From: Pseudomonadota bacterium
Lineage (GTDB): Bacteria; Bdellovibrionota_G; JALEGL01; DATDPG01
Assembly: GCA_043809315.1 (NCBI GenBank)
Contig: JAZDDX010000010.1
Span: 1 to 64,000, forward strand
Length of the DNA: 64,000 nt
Reading direction: 5' to 3'
A program made the translations under genes and the position numbers. This document shows, piece after piece, positions 48,990 to 58,807 of the stretch. The notes under the pieces are model-generated. The model ran no database searches. It was not told the origin of the DNA and was given only the letters and a program-made list of their open reading frames with translations. How positions within the stretch are numbered: position 1 is the stretch's first letter; the number at the start of each line of letters is the position of its first letter.

Positions 48990-49902
48990 ACGGACGTTCG
49001 ACATCGTCGGGATCGGCCGCAATTCATGGGACCGTCTCGTCGTGGTCGCGAATTACCCCCCCGCCGACGCCAAAGTCGAAGCGTCGACCCTCGACATCCA
49101 GCCCGGTGGACAGGTTGCGACCGCCCTCGTCGCGGCGTCCCGTCTCGGCGCAAGAACGCGATATCTGGGAAAATTCGGAGACGACGCCGGAGGGCGGGCG
49201 GTTCGTGCCTCCCTTTCCCGCGAGGGGATCGATCTTTCCGGATGCCGGGTGTTGACCGGCGTCTCGAACCAATCGGCGTTCATCGTCGTCGACCGCAAAC
49301 ATCACACGAGAAACGTCTTTTCCCACGGCGATCCGCGCCTGCGCATCGAATCGGATGATTTTCCGCACGAAGCGGTGACTTCCGGCCGGATTCTTTATCT
49401 CGGGGGGAGGAACCCCCGCGAGATGATCGGATACGCCCGAACCGGGCGGAAAGCGGGGTGCGTCGTCACGGTCGACGCCGACTCGGCCGCCGACGGGGCC
49501 GCGGAGCTGTTGGCACACGCTCACGTCGTCATCTGCAGCGAGCCTTTCGTCGCCGAACAGACCGGGGAACGGTCGATTCGAAAAGGGCTCCGCGAAATTT
49601 CGAAACTGGGTCCGGAGTTCGTCAGCGTGACGCGCGGATCGCGGGGGGCGATCGCACTCTATCGCGACCGGTTCTTCGAACAGCCCGCTTTTTCAGTCGA
49701 TGTGGTCGACACGACCGGGGCCGGGGACGTTTTTCACGGCGCCCTTCTCGTCGGGATCCTCGAACGGCGTCCGATCCCCGATCTCCTCCGCCTCGCCAAT
49801 GCGGCCGCAGCACTCAAGTGCCGTTGCCTCGGCGGGCAGAAGGGGATCGCGAAGCGCACGGATGTCAACCGCTTCCTCGCATCCCATCCAGCGAATCCCT
49901 GA
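48946..49902 (+). CDS. PfkB family carbohydrate kinase
   Basis: PGGQVATA and DTTGAGDVF motifs. Confidence 0.9.
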   Translation: MKRSAAPKKASNAPERTFDIVGIGRNSWDRLVVVANYPPADAKVEASTLDIQPGGQVATALVAASRLGARTRYLGKFGDDAGGRAVRASLSREGIDLSGCRVLTGVSNQSAFIVVDRKHHTRNVFSHGDPRLRIESDDFPHEAVTSGRILYLGGRNPREMIGYARTGRKAGCVVTVDADSAADGAAELLAHAHVVICSEPFVAEQTGERSIRKGLREISKLGPEFVSVTRGSRGAIALYRDRFFEQPAFSVDVVDTTGAGDVFHGALLVGILERRPIPDLLRLANAAAALKCRCLGGQKGIAKRTDVNRFLASHPANP

Positions 49903-49950
49903 TTCGCCTACTTGACGTCGCAAACAGATATGCTTTTGTAATCGCCACTT

Positions 49951-50967
49951 ATGGCAATCCATGTTGGTTTGATGGGGTTCGGCCGGATCGGGCGGAACAT
50001 CTTCCGCATCCTGTACGGCCAGGATGACATTCAGGTCGTGGCGATCTCCGACATCGTCGATCCGCCGGCCTTGGAGTACTTACTGCAGTTCGACACGGTT
50101 CACGGTCGGTTTCCCGAGCCGGTCACGGCAAAGGGGGACACGCTGTACGTCAAAGGACGGCAGGTAAAACTCGTCCAAGGCAAAGAGCCCAAAGACGTCC
50201 CGTGGAAGGATCTCGGGGTCGACATCGTCATCGAGGCCTCCGCGCGCGGCAGAACCCGGGCTTCTTTGGAAGATCACCTCAAACAAGGTGCGAAGCGGGT
50301 CGTCTTGACCGTTCCGGCGCACGATCCGGTCGATGCCGTGATCGTCCGCGGCGTGAACGACGAAGTGTTGAACGCCAAACACCGGATCATCTCGGCGGCA
50401 TCGATCACGACGAACTGCGCCGGCTTGATGCTCAAAATCCTCAACAATGCCTTCGGCGTCGAGCGGGCCTTCATGACGACGATCCACGCCTACACCAACG
50501 CCCAGCGCCTGGCCGACGTCCCCCACACCGACCTCCGGCAGTGCCGGGCGGCAGCGGAAAACATCATCCCGACCGAGACGCACGTCACCGAAGCGATCGG
50601 GGAGATCATCCCGGAACTGAAGGGCAAGTTCGCCGGGATGGCGATGAACGTGCCCGTACCGGACGGATCGAACGTCGACCTCGTGACCGAGACGAAGCAG
50701 CCGGTCACCGTGGAATCGGTGAACGAGATTTTCCGGAGCGCGGCTGGTTCGATTTACAAGGGGATCGTTTCGTACATGGACGACCCGATCGTATCGAGCG
50801 ACGTGATCGGCGACTCCCACTCCGTGGTCTTTGACTCGCTCGCGACCATGACCCTGGGGGACCGAATGGTCAAAACGCTCGGCTGGTACGACAACGGTTG
50901 GGGATACGCCCACCGGGTCGTGGAACTGGTCCAACGTATGTCGAAGTTCGAAGGAGGTGCGCGATGA
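49951..50967 (+). CDS. GAPDH-family protein lacking the catalytic cysteine (putative pseudoenzyme)
   Basis: GFGRIGR, FDTVHG and WYDN present; active-site motif reads AASITTNC instead of NASCTTNC. Confidence 0.9.
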   Translation: MAIHVGLMGFGRIGRNIFRILYGQDDIQVVAISDIVDPPALEYLLQFDTVHGRFPEPVTAKGDTLYVKGRQVKLVQGKEPKDVPWKDLGVDIVIEASARGRTRASLEDHLKQGAKRVVLTVPAHDPVDAVIVRGVNDEVLNAKHRIISAASITTNCAGLMLKILNNAFGVERAFMTTIHAYTNAQRLADVPHTDLRQCRAAAENIIPTETHVTEAIGEIIPELKGKFAGMAMNVPVPDGSNVDLVTETKQPVTVESVNEIFRSAAGSIYKGIVSYMDDPIVSSDVIGDSHSVVFDSLATMTLGDRMVKTLGWYDNGWGYAHRVVELVQRMSKFEGGAR

Positions 50968-51965
50968 CCATTCGGATCGGAATCAACGGCTTCGGCCGGA
51001 TCGGGCGGGCGGTCTACCGCCTGGTTGCCGACCGGAAAGACATTCAGGTCGTGGCGGTCAACGACATCACCGCACCCGAAACGCTCGTCTATCTACTCAA
51101 GTTCGACACGATCTTCGGAATCTTTCCCCACTCGACCGCCTTGGTGGACGGCATCCTGACCACCGCGAACCAGAAGACGAAGATGTTCCGAGAGAACGAT
51201 CCGACGAAGCTTCCGTGGAAAGACCTCGGCGTCGACATCGCGATCGAATCGACGGGGAAGTTCACGAAACGGGCCGATGTCGAGAAACACCTTGCGGCGG
51301 GAGCGAAAAAGGTGATTTTGACCGTCCCCCCGAAAGATCCTTTGGACGCGATGGTCGTCATCGGCGTGAACGACGGGATCCTGAACAAGGATCATCGATT
51401 GGTTTCGAACGCCTCCTGCACGACCAACTGCCTGGCGCCGATGGTGAAGGTGTTGAACGACAACTTTGGAATCGAGCGCGGCTTCATGACGACCGTCCAC
51501 TCGTACACCAACGACCAGCGCCTGAGCGATCAGTATCACAAGGACCTCCGCCGAGCGCGGGCGGCGAACGAGAATATCATCCCGACAACGACCGGAGCAG
51601 CCCGGGCGGTCGGGAAGATCCTGCCGGAGCTGGCCGGGAAACTGGACGGGACCGCGATGCGGATCCCTCTCCCGGACGGATCGATCGTCGATCTCGTGTC
51701 GGTCTTGAAAAAGAAGACGACCGCCGAGGAGATCAATCGAACGATGAAAACCGCCAGCGAGACATACCTGAAGGGGATCCTCCAATACTCGGAAGACCCG
51801 ATCGTTTCAAGCGACATCATCGGGAACACGCACTCGTCGATCTTCGATGCCCCGTTCACGAAGGTGATCGGCGGGAACTACGTCAAGACCGTGGCGTGGT
51901 ACGACAACGAGTGGGGGTATTCCTGCCGCGTGGTCGACCTGATCGCGAAGCTAGCTTCGCTGTAA
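50964..51965 (+). CDS. gap: Type I glyceraldehyde-3-phosphate dehydrogenase
   Basis: INGFGRIGR, NASCTTNCLAP, TTGAA, AMRIP, WYDNEWGY; AAGGAGG RBS; ATGA overlap with upstream gene. Confidence 0.97.
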   Translation: MTIRIGINGFGRIGRAVYRLVADRKDIQVVAVNDITAPETLVYLLKFDTIFGIFPHSTALVDGILTTANQKTKMFRENDPTKLPWKDLGVDIAIESTGKFTKRADVEKHLAAGAKKVILTVPPKDPLDAMVVIGVNDGILNKDHRLVSNASCTTNCLAPMVKVLNDNFGIERGFMTTVHSYTNDQRLSDQYHKDLRRARAANENIIPTTTGAARAVGKILPELAGKLDGTAMRIPLPDGSIVDLVSVLKKKTTAEEINRTMKTASETYLKGILQYSEDPIVSSDIIGNTHSSIFDAPFTKVIGGNYVKTVAWYDNEWGYSCRVVDLIAKLASL

Positions 51966-52814
51966 GAGCGATCGAAGTTTTTTCAAATTCTCCCGGTCCT
52001 CGTGGAGATCGTCCGACTTCGGCGTCTCGATCACCATCGGGTGATCCTTGAACCTCGAATCATTCAAAAGAAACCGGAACGGCTCGAGGCCGAGCTCCCC
52101 TTTGCCGATATGCTCGTGGCGATCCACGCGGCAGTCGAGCCCTTTCTTTGAATCATTGACGTGAAATGCCCACAGATGCTTCAACCCCGCGACGCGATCG
52201 AACTCCTTCATCGTCGCTTCATACGTCTCCTTTGTCCGAAGATCGTACCCGGCGGCAAACGCATGGCAGGTATCGAAACAGAAACCCACCCTCTTCTTCT
52301 CCTCCACCGCGTCGCGAATCATCGAAAGTTCCTCGAACTTCCGTCCGACCGTCGTCCCTTGACCGGCGCAGTTCTCCAACAAGAGAAGAACCTTCTGATC
52401 CTTCCTTTCGCCGGTCAACCGGTTGAGCGCGTCCGAGAGCCGCTTCGCCCCTTTTTCGATCCCCTCCCCCATGTGCGCCCCCGGGTGAAAGATCAGGAAA
52501 TCGAGCCCAAGGGCCTCTGCCCGATCCATCTCTTCCCCGAACGCCCGGACCGACTTCTCCCATAACGCAGGGTCGGGAGAGGCCATGTTGATCAGGTACG
52601 AGTCGTGCGCGAAGACGAACTTGAGCCCCGCCTCCTCTTTCGCTGTCCGAAACCGGTCAGGCTCCTCCGCCGTCATTCTTTTCGCCGCCCACTGGTTCGA
52701 ACTCTTCGTGAAGATCTGGAGCGCCTCGATTTCAACCGTCTTTCCCCGCTCCACCGCCTTGTCGAAACCACCCGCGATCGACATATGCGCACCTAAATAG
52801 GGTCCTCGTTTCAT
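51951..52814 (-). CDS. nfo: Endonuclease IV
   Basis: GAHMSIAGG, HDSYLIN, FHPG, FDTCH, DRHEHIG, IETP. Confidence 0.96.
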   Translation of the reverse strand: MKRGPYLGAHMSIAGGFDKAVERGKTVEIEALQIFTKSSNQWAAKRMTAEEPDRFRTAKEEAGLKFVFAHDSYLINMASPDPALWEKSVRAFGEEMDRAEALGLDFLIFHPGAHMGEGIEKGAKRLSDALNRLTGERKDQKVLLLLENCAGQGTTVGRKFEELSMIRDAVEEKKRVGFCFDTCHAFAAGYDLRTKETYEATMKEFDRVAGLKHLWAFHVNDSKKGLDCRVDRHEHIGKGELGLEPFRFLLNDSRFKDHPMVIETPKSDDLHEDRENLKKLRSLLQRS

Positions 52815-52912
52815 CCGGGGGAACTTCGCATATTTTGCATACCTTGTTGAAAAAATTGCGGTTTTTGTACCTTTTTAGACAAACCGAACTTAATGATTTC
52901 AACTTCTTACCG

Positions 52913-52928
52913 TGGCACCCCTTTTGCT
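52913..52928 (+). promoter_or_regulatory. Sigma54 -24/-12 promoter (consensus match)
   Basis: TGGCAC-CCCTT-TTGCT downstream of an AT-rich tract. Confidence 0.7.
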
Positions 52929-52955
52929 CTATATCCGTCCCTGGAGGTTACAAGA

Positions 52956-53576
52956 ATGTCGCGAACCCCTGTCTTAAGCCTTCTTTTCTCAACTCTTCTC
53001 CTTGTCGGGTGCGGCAACGGAATGGGCGCCTTCTCGTTCATCGGTCTGGACCAGAAATTGGAGCTTACCGGTGGAACGAACGGAAGTGCCCCCGACTTAA
53101 CCGCGGGTGAACCGACGATCCTCGGCGATGCCGAAAGTGGCGGGGAGTTCACCGGCACGATGCCGGATCCCCCAGAGTCTCATCCGGTCGTTCCTTCGGG
53201 GGATGAAGGCACGGGTGGCAACCCCGATCCGACCAAGGATGATGACGGCGATGGGATCAATAATGACGAAGACGAACTACCCGGGGTCTGCACGGAGATG
53301 GTGGTCGTCAGCACCGGCACCTCCTCGGCTGTGATTTCCCTGAATGGCGAGGAGATCTTCGTCCAGAGCGACTTCAAGAATAAGGACGTGACGCTCACGA
53401 AGGCGATCAACCTCAAAGACGGGTCGAACGCTCTTTCGATCCGAATCGCCGGATCGCCGGGGGATCAGCTCCTGGTTCAAATTTATAACTGCTCGACCGA
53501 TCCTTCGACGAAGTTGTTCGAAACGGTCGTGACCCGGACCAAGGGCTCGCCGAATACAGGGGGCGGAAGCTTCTAA
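52956..53576 (+). CDS. Lipoprotein with acidic Ca-binding (thrombospondin type 3-like) motif
   Basis: GGAGG RBS; lipobox LVGC; DDDGDGINNDEDELP. Confidence 0.75.
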   Translation: MSRTPVLSLLFSTLLLVGCGNGMGAFSFIGLDQKLELTGGTNGSAPDLTAGEPTILGDAESGGEFTGTMPDPPESHPVVPSGDEGTGGNPDPTKDDDGDGINNDEDELPGVCTEMVVVSTGTSSAVISLNGEEIFVQSDFKNKDVTLTKAINLKDGSNALSIRIAGSPGDQLLVQIYNCSTDPSTKLFETVVTRTKGSPNTGGGSF

Positions 53577-54025
53577 GGCGAAGTTTCCGCGCGAGGCACC
53601 TGGGCGTCGAGCTCCGTAAGTTCGACGCCCAGTTTTTTTGCGACCTCGAAAATCCGCTCGTCCCGGTAGAATTCACCGTAAAAGATCTTCTTGATCCCCG
53701 CGTTCACGATCATCTTGAAGCAGGACCAGCAGGGGCTCGCGGTGGCGTAGATCGTCCCTCCGTGGATGTTCACGCCGTTCCTGGCCGCCTGGATGATCGC
53801 GTTCGCCTCGGCGTGGATCGTGGCGACACAGTGGCCGTTCTCCATCATGTGCCCCATCTCCGAGCAGTGAGGCATTCCACGGACCGAGCCGTTGTATCCG
53901 GTCGAAAGGATCATCTTGTCCCGAACGATGACCGCTCCGACGTACCGCCGGTCGCAGGTGGAGCGCGTCGCCACCTGCTCCGCGATCTTCATGAAGTAGG
54001 CGTCCCAGCCGATCCGTTCGGGCAT
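53573..54025 (-). CDS. dCMP deaminase family protein
   Basis: RSTC.R..VGAVIV, GYNG, HAEANA, SPCWSC. Confidence 0.92.
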   Translation of the reverse strand: MPERIGWDAYFMKIAEQVATRSTCDRRYVGAVIVRDKMILSTGYNGSVRGMPHCSEMGHMMENGHCVATIHAEANAIIQAARNGVNIHGGTIYATASPCWSCFKMIVNAGIKKIFYGEFYRDERIFEVAKKLGVELTELDAQVPRAETSP

Positions 54026-54035
54026 CCGCGTGTCC

Positions 54036-55067
54036 TTACATCCGGAAGATGATCTTGCCGCTCTTCCCCGACTCCATCAGCGCCATCGCCTCGGCGAACT
54101 TCTCCATCGGGATGTAATGCGTGATCACCTTCGTCAGATCGATCTTCTTGGAATCGACCAGCTCCCGCCCCTGCGCCCAGGTCTTGTAGATCTCCCGGCC
54201 GTAGATCCCGTAGACCTTGGTCCCTTTGAGGACGAGATAGTTCGAGAAATCGAACTTGATCGGCGCGCTGGGAAGGCCCAGGAGCACCGCCGTCCCGCCG
54301 TTCCGGAGGAGCTTGAAGCCGTCCTCCATCGCCGCCGGGGATCCCGACATTTCGAGCAGAACGTCAAAGCCGAGACCGTGCATGGCGTCCTTCAACTGAT
54401 CGAAGTGCGCCGGGTCTTTTGCGTTGTACACGGCGGTCGGCCCCATCTGCCGGGCCAGCTGTAACCGATAGTCACTGATGTCGGTCCCGTAGATCGCGGA
54501 GGCTCCCATCGCCTTGGCGACTCCGATCGCCATCACCCCGATCGGGCCGCACCCGGAGACAAGGACTGTTTTCCCGTTCACCCCTTCCCCCGCATTCACC
54601 GTGTGTACGGCATTTCCGTACGGTTCGAGGACCGAGCCGACTTCCCACGGAAGCTCGTCGCTGTTCACCCAGGCGTTCCGCGCGGGGAGGCAGATGTATT
54701 CGGTGAACGCCCCGGGACGATCGATCCCGACCACCTTCACGTTCTGGCAGACGTGCTCCTGCCCGTGGGTGCACTGGTAACAGGTTTCGCACGCGATGTG
54801 CGTCTCCACCGAGACATGCGCGCCGACTTTCAGGTTCTTGACGTTCTTCCCGACCTCGACCACTTCGCCGGAGCACTCGTGTCCGAAAACAAGAGGGGTC
54901 TTGATCCGGGAGGCGGCCCATTCGTCCCAGTGGTAGATGTGGACGTCGGTCCCGCAGATCGACGTGGCTTTCACCTTGATGAGCGCATCTTCAGGTCCCG
55001 GCTTCGGAACCTCGACGTTTCCCAGCTCAGCACCCGCAGCAGATCGGACCTTCATCAATGCACGCAC
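54036..55067 (-). CDS. tdh: L-threonine 3-dehydrogenase
   Basis: SICGTDVHIYHWDEWA, GHE, four-Cys Zn site, GIYGRE, SGKII; GTG start with GAGGAG. Confidence 0.9.
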   Translation of the reverse strand: MRALMKVRSAAGAELGNVEVPKPGPEDALIKVKATSICGTDVHIYHWDEWAASRIKTPLVFGHECSGEVVEVGKNVKNLKVGAHVSVETHIACETCYQCTHGQEHVCQNVKVVGIDRPGAFTEYICLPARNAWVNSDELPWEVGSVLEPYGNAVHTVNAGEGVNGKTVLVSGCGPIGVMAIGVAKAMGASAIYGTDISDYRLQLARQMGPTAVYNAKDPAHFDQLKDAMHGLGFDVLLEMSGSPAAMEDGFKLLRNGGTAVLLGLPSAPIKFDFSNYLVLKGTKVYGIYGREIYKTWAQGRELVDSKKIDLTKVITHYIPMEKFAEAMALMESGKSGKIIFRM

Positions 55068-55193
55068 AGCTCTTCTCCTCTCGGGCGCGGAGTATAGCAC
55101 TCGCCTTCCCCATCGCAATGACGTACGGCCTCCCATCTGAAGCCGTTTTCAGGTATGGTTACCCCCTCTTTCGTAAGGGGGAATTCTCGCAGC

Positions 55194-56660
55194 ATGCATC
55201 GGTTGTTTTTGGGACTGTCACTTTCGATCGCTTTCGTTCTGCCCGCAATCCATTCGTCCGCCCAGACCCCCCCCACCGAGCCTGAGGTCCAGGTCTTGGG
55301 GTGTAACACTGACTTCCCCTGCCCCGAACGCCTCCTTCCCGTCGTACGAGGCTGGATCCGATTCTTCACCACCCCGGACAGCATCGCTCTGATTCATGAC
55401 TCCTCGATCGTCCAGAGGGTTTATTCGTCCGTCAAGATCCCTTCCCGAACGGATTTGGAGAAACGCATCCAAGAAATGGAAAGGGACGAGGACAAGAAAA
55501 AGGCTCGAGAGCGGTGGGCCAGGGAAAAGGAACAATTGGTCGGGAACGCTAAGAAAGAAAAATGGGACCTCCTCCAGACAACGGCGCGGAAGCTTCAGAA
55601 AGGTTCCACCACGTGGACGAACGACGAGCTTGAGATCCGGAAGCTCGTCCGATCCGACAACCCCTCCTTCTTCCGCGAAGCGGCCAACCGCATCGTAGGG
55701 CGGGAGGGACTTCTCAACGAGTTTCTGGAACGTCTTCCGGCATGGGCGGGTGATCTGCCGATGGTATGGGACAAGATCGACAGCCGTAACCTCCCCTGCG
55801 ACGTGACTTACATTTCCCTCGCGGAATCGGTTTACCACCTGTATGCGCTGTCGAGTGCCGGGGCCAAGGGGCCGTATCAGATCATGCCGTCGACGGCCCG
55901 GGACTACGGGGGAAACCGATGCAAGGGGGTGGACGAGTGCTTCGATCCGGAGGACGCTTCGGAGATCACCCTCGATTTCCTCAGTGATTCGTACCAACTG
56001 GTACTCGAGGCGCTTCAGTCCGTTGAAGAGAAAGCTGGGCGAGAACTCGCCGGCCCCTTCGTGATCACGGCATACAACGCCGGCCCCGGGCGCGTGAGCA
56101 ACGCCATCAAGAGAATCCACTCCACCGATTTCGTCGACGTTCTCTGGACGTACATCGACCCGTATTGGGGAATTGCCGTGCAGAATTATTATGCGACGTT
56201 CCTCGCCGCCCGGCATGTCGCCCTGAGTCTCGATCTCCCTGCGGCGGCTCCGTTCACTGCCGGGAAGGAACGGTTCCGTCTCGAGAAGGCGGTTTCGGCC
56301 GCGCGCGTCGCCTCCCTTCTTGGCATCGGCCTGGACCTCCTGCACGAGATGAACCCGGGCATGCGGATCCCCGGAACGAAGGAGAAGTGGACGACGATTC
56401 TTCCCAAGAACTACAACCTCCGGATCCCAGCACTCGACGAGGCTGCGCGAAAGACATTTCTGGCGGAATTGCAAAAGCCCGTTAAGGCGCGCAAGAAACC
56501 GCCAGCCAGGTTGTATACGGTGGCCGTCGGGGACACGCTTTCGTCGATCGCAAGTAAGCACCAAATCTCGATCGACGAGCTTCTCGCGGCGAATCAAAAC
56601 CTTCATCTGGACAAACCCGTCCGAGTCAGACAGAAGTTAGTGATCCCGAAAGCCAATTGA
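55194..56660 (+). CDS. MltD-like lytic transglycosylase with LysM
   Basis: Signal peptide; LAES, GAKGPYQIMP, AYNAGPG; C-terminal YTVAVGDTLSSIA. Confidence 0.85.
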   Translation: MHRLFLGLSLSIAFVLPAIHSSAQTPPTEPEVQVLGCNTDFPCPERLLPVVRGWIRFFTTPDSIALIHDSSIVQRVYSSVKIPSRTDLEKRIQEMERDEDKKKARERWAREKEQLVGNAKKEKWDLLQTTARKLQKGSTTWTNDELEIRKLVRSDNPSFFREAANRIVGREGLLNEFLERLPAWAGDLPMVWDKIDSRNLPCDVTYISLAESVYHLYALSSAGAKGPYQIMPSTARDYGGNRCKGVDECFDPEDASEITLDFLSDSYQLVLEALQSVEEKAGRELAGPFVITAYNAGPGRVSNAIKRIHSTDFVDVLWTYIDPYWGIAVQNYYATFLAARHVALSLDLPAAAPFTAGKERFRLEKAVSAARVASLLGIGLDLLHEMNPGMRIPGTKEKWTTILPKNYNLRIPALDEAARKTFLAELQKPVKARKKPPARLYTVAVGDTLSSIASKHQISIDELLAANQNLHLDKPVRVRQKLVIPKAN

Positions 56661-58804
56661 TGAACCACCGAATTCTTTCTCTCCTCGCGCTGGCCGCGAT
56701 CGGCCTTCGGGCAGCTCAAGCAGCCGTGTCCCCAAGCCCCTCGCCTTCCCCGGCCGCGGCAGCCAAACCGGACCTGACCTGCAACGATCCCTTCCCGTGT
56801 CCCCCGGAACTTCGGGACCGGATCCTGTTCTGGGCCGACGTCTTCGGAAAATGGGGAGCGAACCAGAGGATCCTGCACGGCAACCAGACCCCCGAGAGGG
56901 TCTACTCCGTTCTCGAAACGTCGATCCCGTGCGGGAAGCGCAGGCACTCCCGTCGCGTGCGGAGTGAGAACAACGTGATCGAAACGGAACGGAAGAAGCT
57001 TAAGGCTCAACTTTTCGACCTCGCTGACCGCCTGGATAGGGCGGAAAAGACCGTTCCCGAGTGGTCGTCGGAAGACCAGAAGATTCTCGCGCTGTTTCCC
57101 GCGCCGAACGGACTGACCCTCCGAGACGCCGCGGAGAACATCCGGTGCCAGGAAGGGAACCGGGATCGGTTCAAGGAAGGGGTCAAATCGTACGCTCGAT
57201 ATAAAGATATGGTGGTCGCGGAACTCGAGAAGGCAAAGCTGCCGACCGATCTTCAGTATCTTCCGTTCGTCGAATCTTCCTACAACCCGAGAGCTCTCTC
57301 CCGACTGAATGCTGCCGGAATGTGGCAGTTCATGCCCCGAGCAGCGCGCCTTTTCGGCCTCAAGGTCAAGAATACGCTGGACGAGCGGTTCGATCCGGAG
57401 AAATCGACGATAGCTGCAACCAAGTATTTTAAGATGTCCTACGGAGATTTGGGGCCCGTTGCCGCACGCCTCGACCCCGAGCTCGAAAGAACCTCCCGAG
57501 AGAACCCCGCGACGATGCTCAATCGGCTCGGTCCGTTCGTCGTCACGTCGTACAACTACGGCCTCGCCGGAGTCCGCCGGGCCATGACGGAGGAGGGAAC
57601 CGATTTCGTCCGGGTTCTCTTCAACTACAGCGGGCGGAGGTTCCGGACCGCGGTTCAGAATTTCTATGCCTCGTTTCTCGCAGCCCGGCACGTCGCCACG
57701 AAGATGACCGCCGCTCTCCCAACGACTCCATCGCAGGATCTCGCGCGATTCGAACTGCCCAAGAAGATCTCCGCCAAGAAGCTTTCTGAGCAACTGAACG
57801 TTCCCATCGACCAACTTCAGACTCTCAACCCCGCGCTCACCCGGGCGGTCTGGAGGGGGCGGCTTCCGATCCCCGAAGGATACACACTCCATCTTCCCAA
57901 GCGCGAAGGGGGATGGGATCCGCTCCTCGCCTCGCTACTCCAAATGCCGATGGAGGTCACCGCCACCGAGGAATCGTATCGCGTGAAGGCGGGGGATACG
58001 CCGTGCGGAATCGCCCGGGACTATTCGGTGTCGTGCCAGACGCTGATCGCGGCCAACGACCTCGACGCCTCTGCGACGATCCGCGCGGGACAGATCCTCT
58101 TCATCCCGGCCCCAAAACAGACCCCGACTTCGGCGTCCGCTCCGACCGAAGCGCCGAAGGTTGCGTTGGCTTCGACACCGCTGCCGACCCAGCCCCCGAA
58201 ACCGGCCCCGACGGCGAGCCCCTTGCCGACCGCGGCGCCGGCGAAGACCCCCATACCGACGCCGTCGCCGAGCGCAACGCAGGTCGCGGAAACCAAGGTG
58301 GCGGCGGCCGAGACCTCCCGGGCGTTCGGAGCCGGTCAGGATCTCGCCGTGCATGAATCGAAAAAAGAGACCGCCAAGCTCTACGAGATCGTCGTGGAAC
58401 CGGACGAGACGATCGGGCACTACGCCGAGTGGCTGGCGTTCGACAACACGAGATCGATTCGGGCTTTGAACCGCCTCCAGAGCGGGGAGTCGGTCCAGCT
58501 CGGCCGGAAGATCCGTCTCCCGATCGGAACGGAGGAGATGAGAACGACGTTCGAGCGGCGCCGGATCGAGTACCACCGGACTCTCGAGGACGAATTCCAC
58601 CAGCGGTACGAGGTGATCGGAACCGAGCCGTACACGATCAAGGCGGGGGACAGCGAATGGACGATCTCCTCCAACGAAGAGGTTCCGCTCTGGCTCCTCA
58701 AACGATTCAACCCCGAGCTCTTAAAAAAACCGCTCCGGATCGGCGACATCCTGACCCTTCCGATGATTCAGGAGAAAGTCGCTCCAAACGGCAGCCCGAA
58801 GTAA
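56660..58804 (+). CDS. MltD-like lytic transglycosylase with multiple LysM domains
   Basis: FVESSYNP, AAGMWQFMP, DERFDP, SYNYG; LysM repeats; Pro/Thr linker. Confidence 0.9.
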   Translation: MNHRILSLLALAAIGLRAAQAAVSPSPSPSPAAAAKPDLTCNDPFPCPPELRDRILFWADVFGKWGANQRILHGNQTPERVYSVLETSIPCGKRRHSRRVRSENNVIETERKKLKAQLFDLADRLDRAEKTVPEWSSEDQKILALFPAPNGLTLRDAAENIRCQEGNRDRFKEGVKSYARYKDMVVAELEKAKLPTDLQYLPFVESSYNPRALSRLNAAGMWQFMPRAARLFGLKVKNTLDERFDPEKSTIAATKYFKMSYGDLGPVAARLDPELERTSRENPATMLNRLGPFVVTSYNYGLAGVRRAMTEEGTDFVRVLFNYSGRRFRTAVQNFYASFLAARHVATKMTAALPTTPSQDLARFELPKKISAKKLSEQLNVPIDQLQTLNPALTRAVWRGRLPIPEGYTLHLPKREGGWDPLLASLLQMPMEVTATEESYRVKAGDTPCGIARDYSVSCQTLIAANDLDASATIRAGQILFIPAPKQTPTSASAPTEAPKVALASTPLPTQPPKPAPTASPLPTAAPAKTPIPTPSPSATQVAETKVAAAETSRAFGAGQDLAVHESKKETAKLYEIVVEPDETIGHYAEWLAFDNTRSIRALNRLQSGESVQLGRKIRLPIGTEEMRTTFERRRIEYHRTLEDEFHQRYEVIGTEPYTIKAGDSEWTISSNEEVPLWLLKRFNPELLKKPLRIGDILTLPMIQEKVAPNGSPK

Positions 58805-58807
58805 ACC

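Noticed and set aside
49951-50967. Calling the first GAPDH-like gene epd or gapB
   Set aside because: Epd and GapB keep the catalytic Cys; this protein does not
58110-58320. Pro/Thr/Ala-rich repetitive DNA (also 59880-60070 and 46490-46660)
   Set aside because: Low-complexity protein linkers, not DNA repeat arrays
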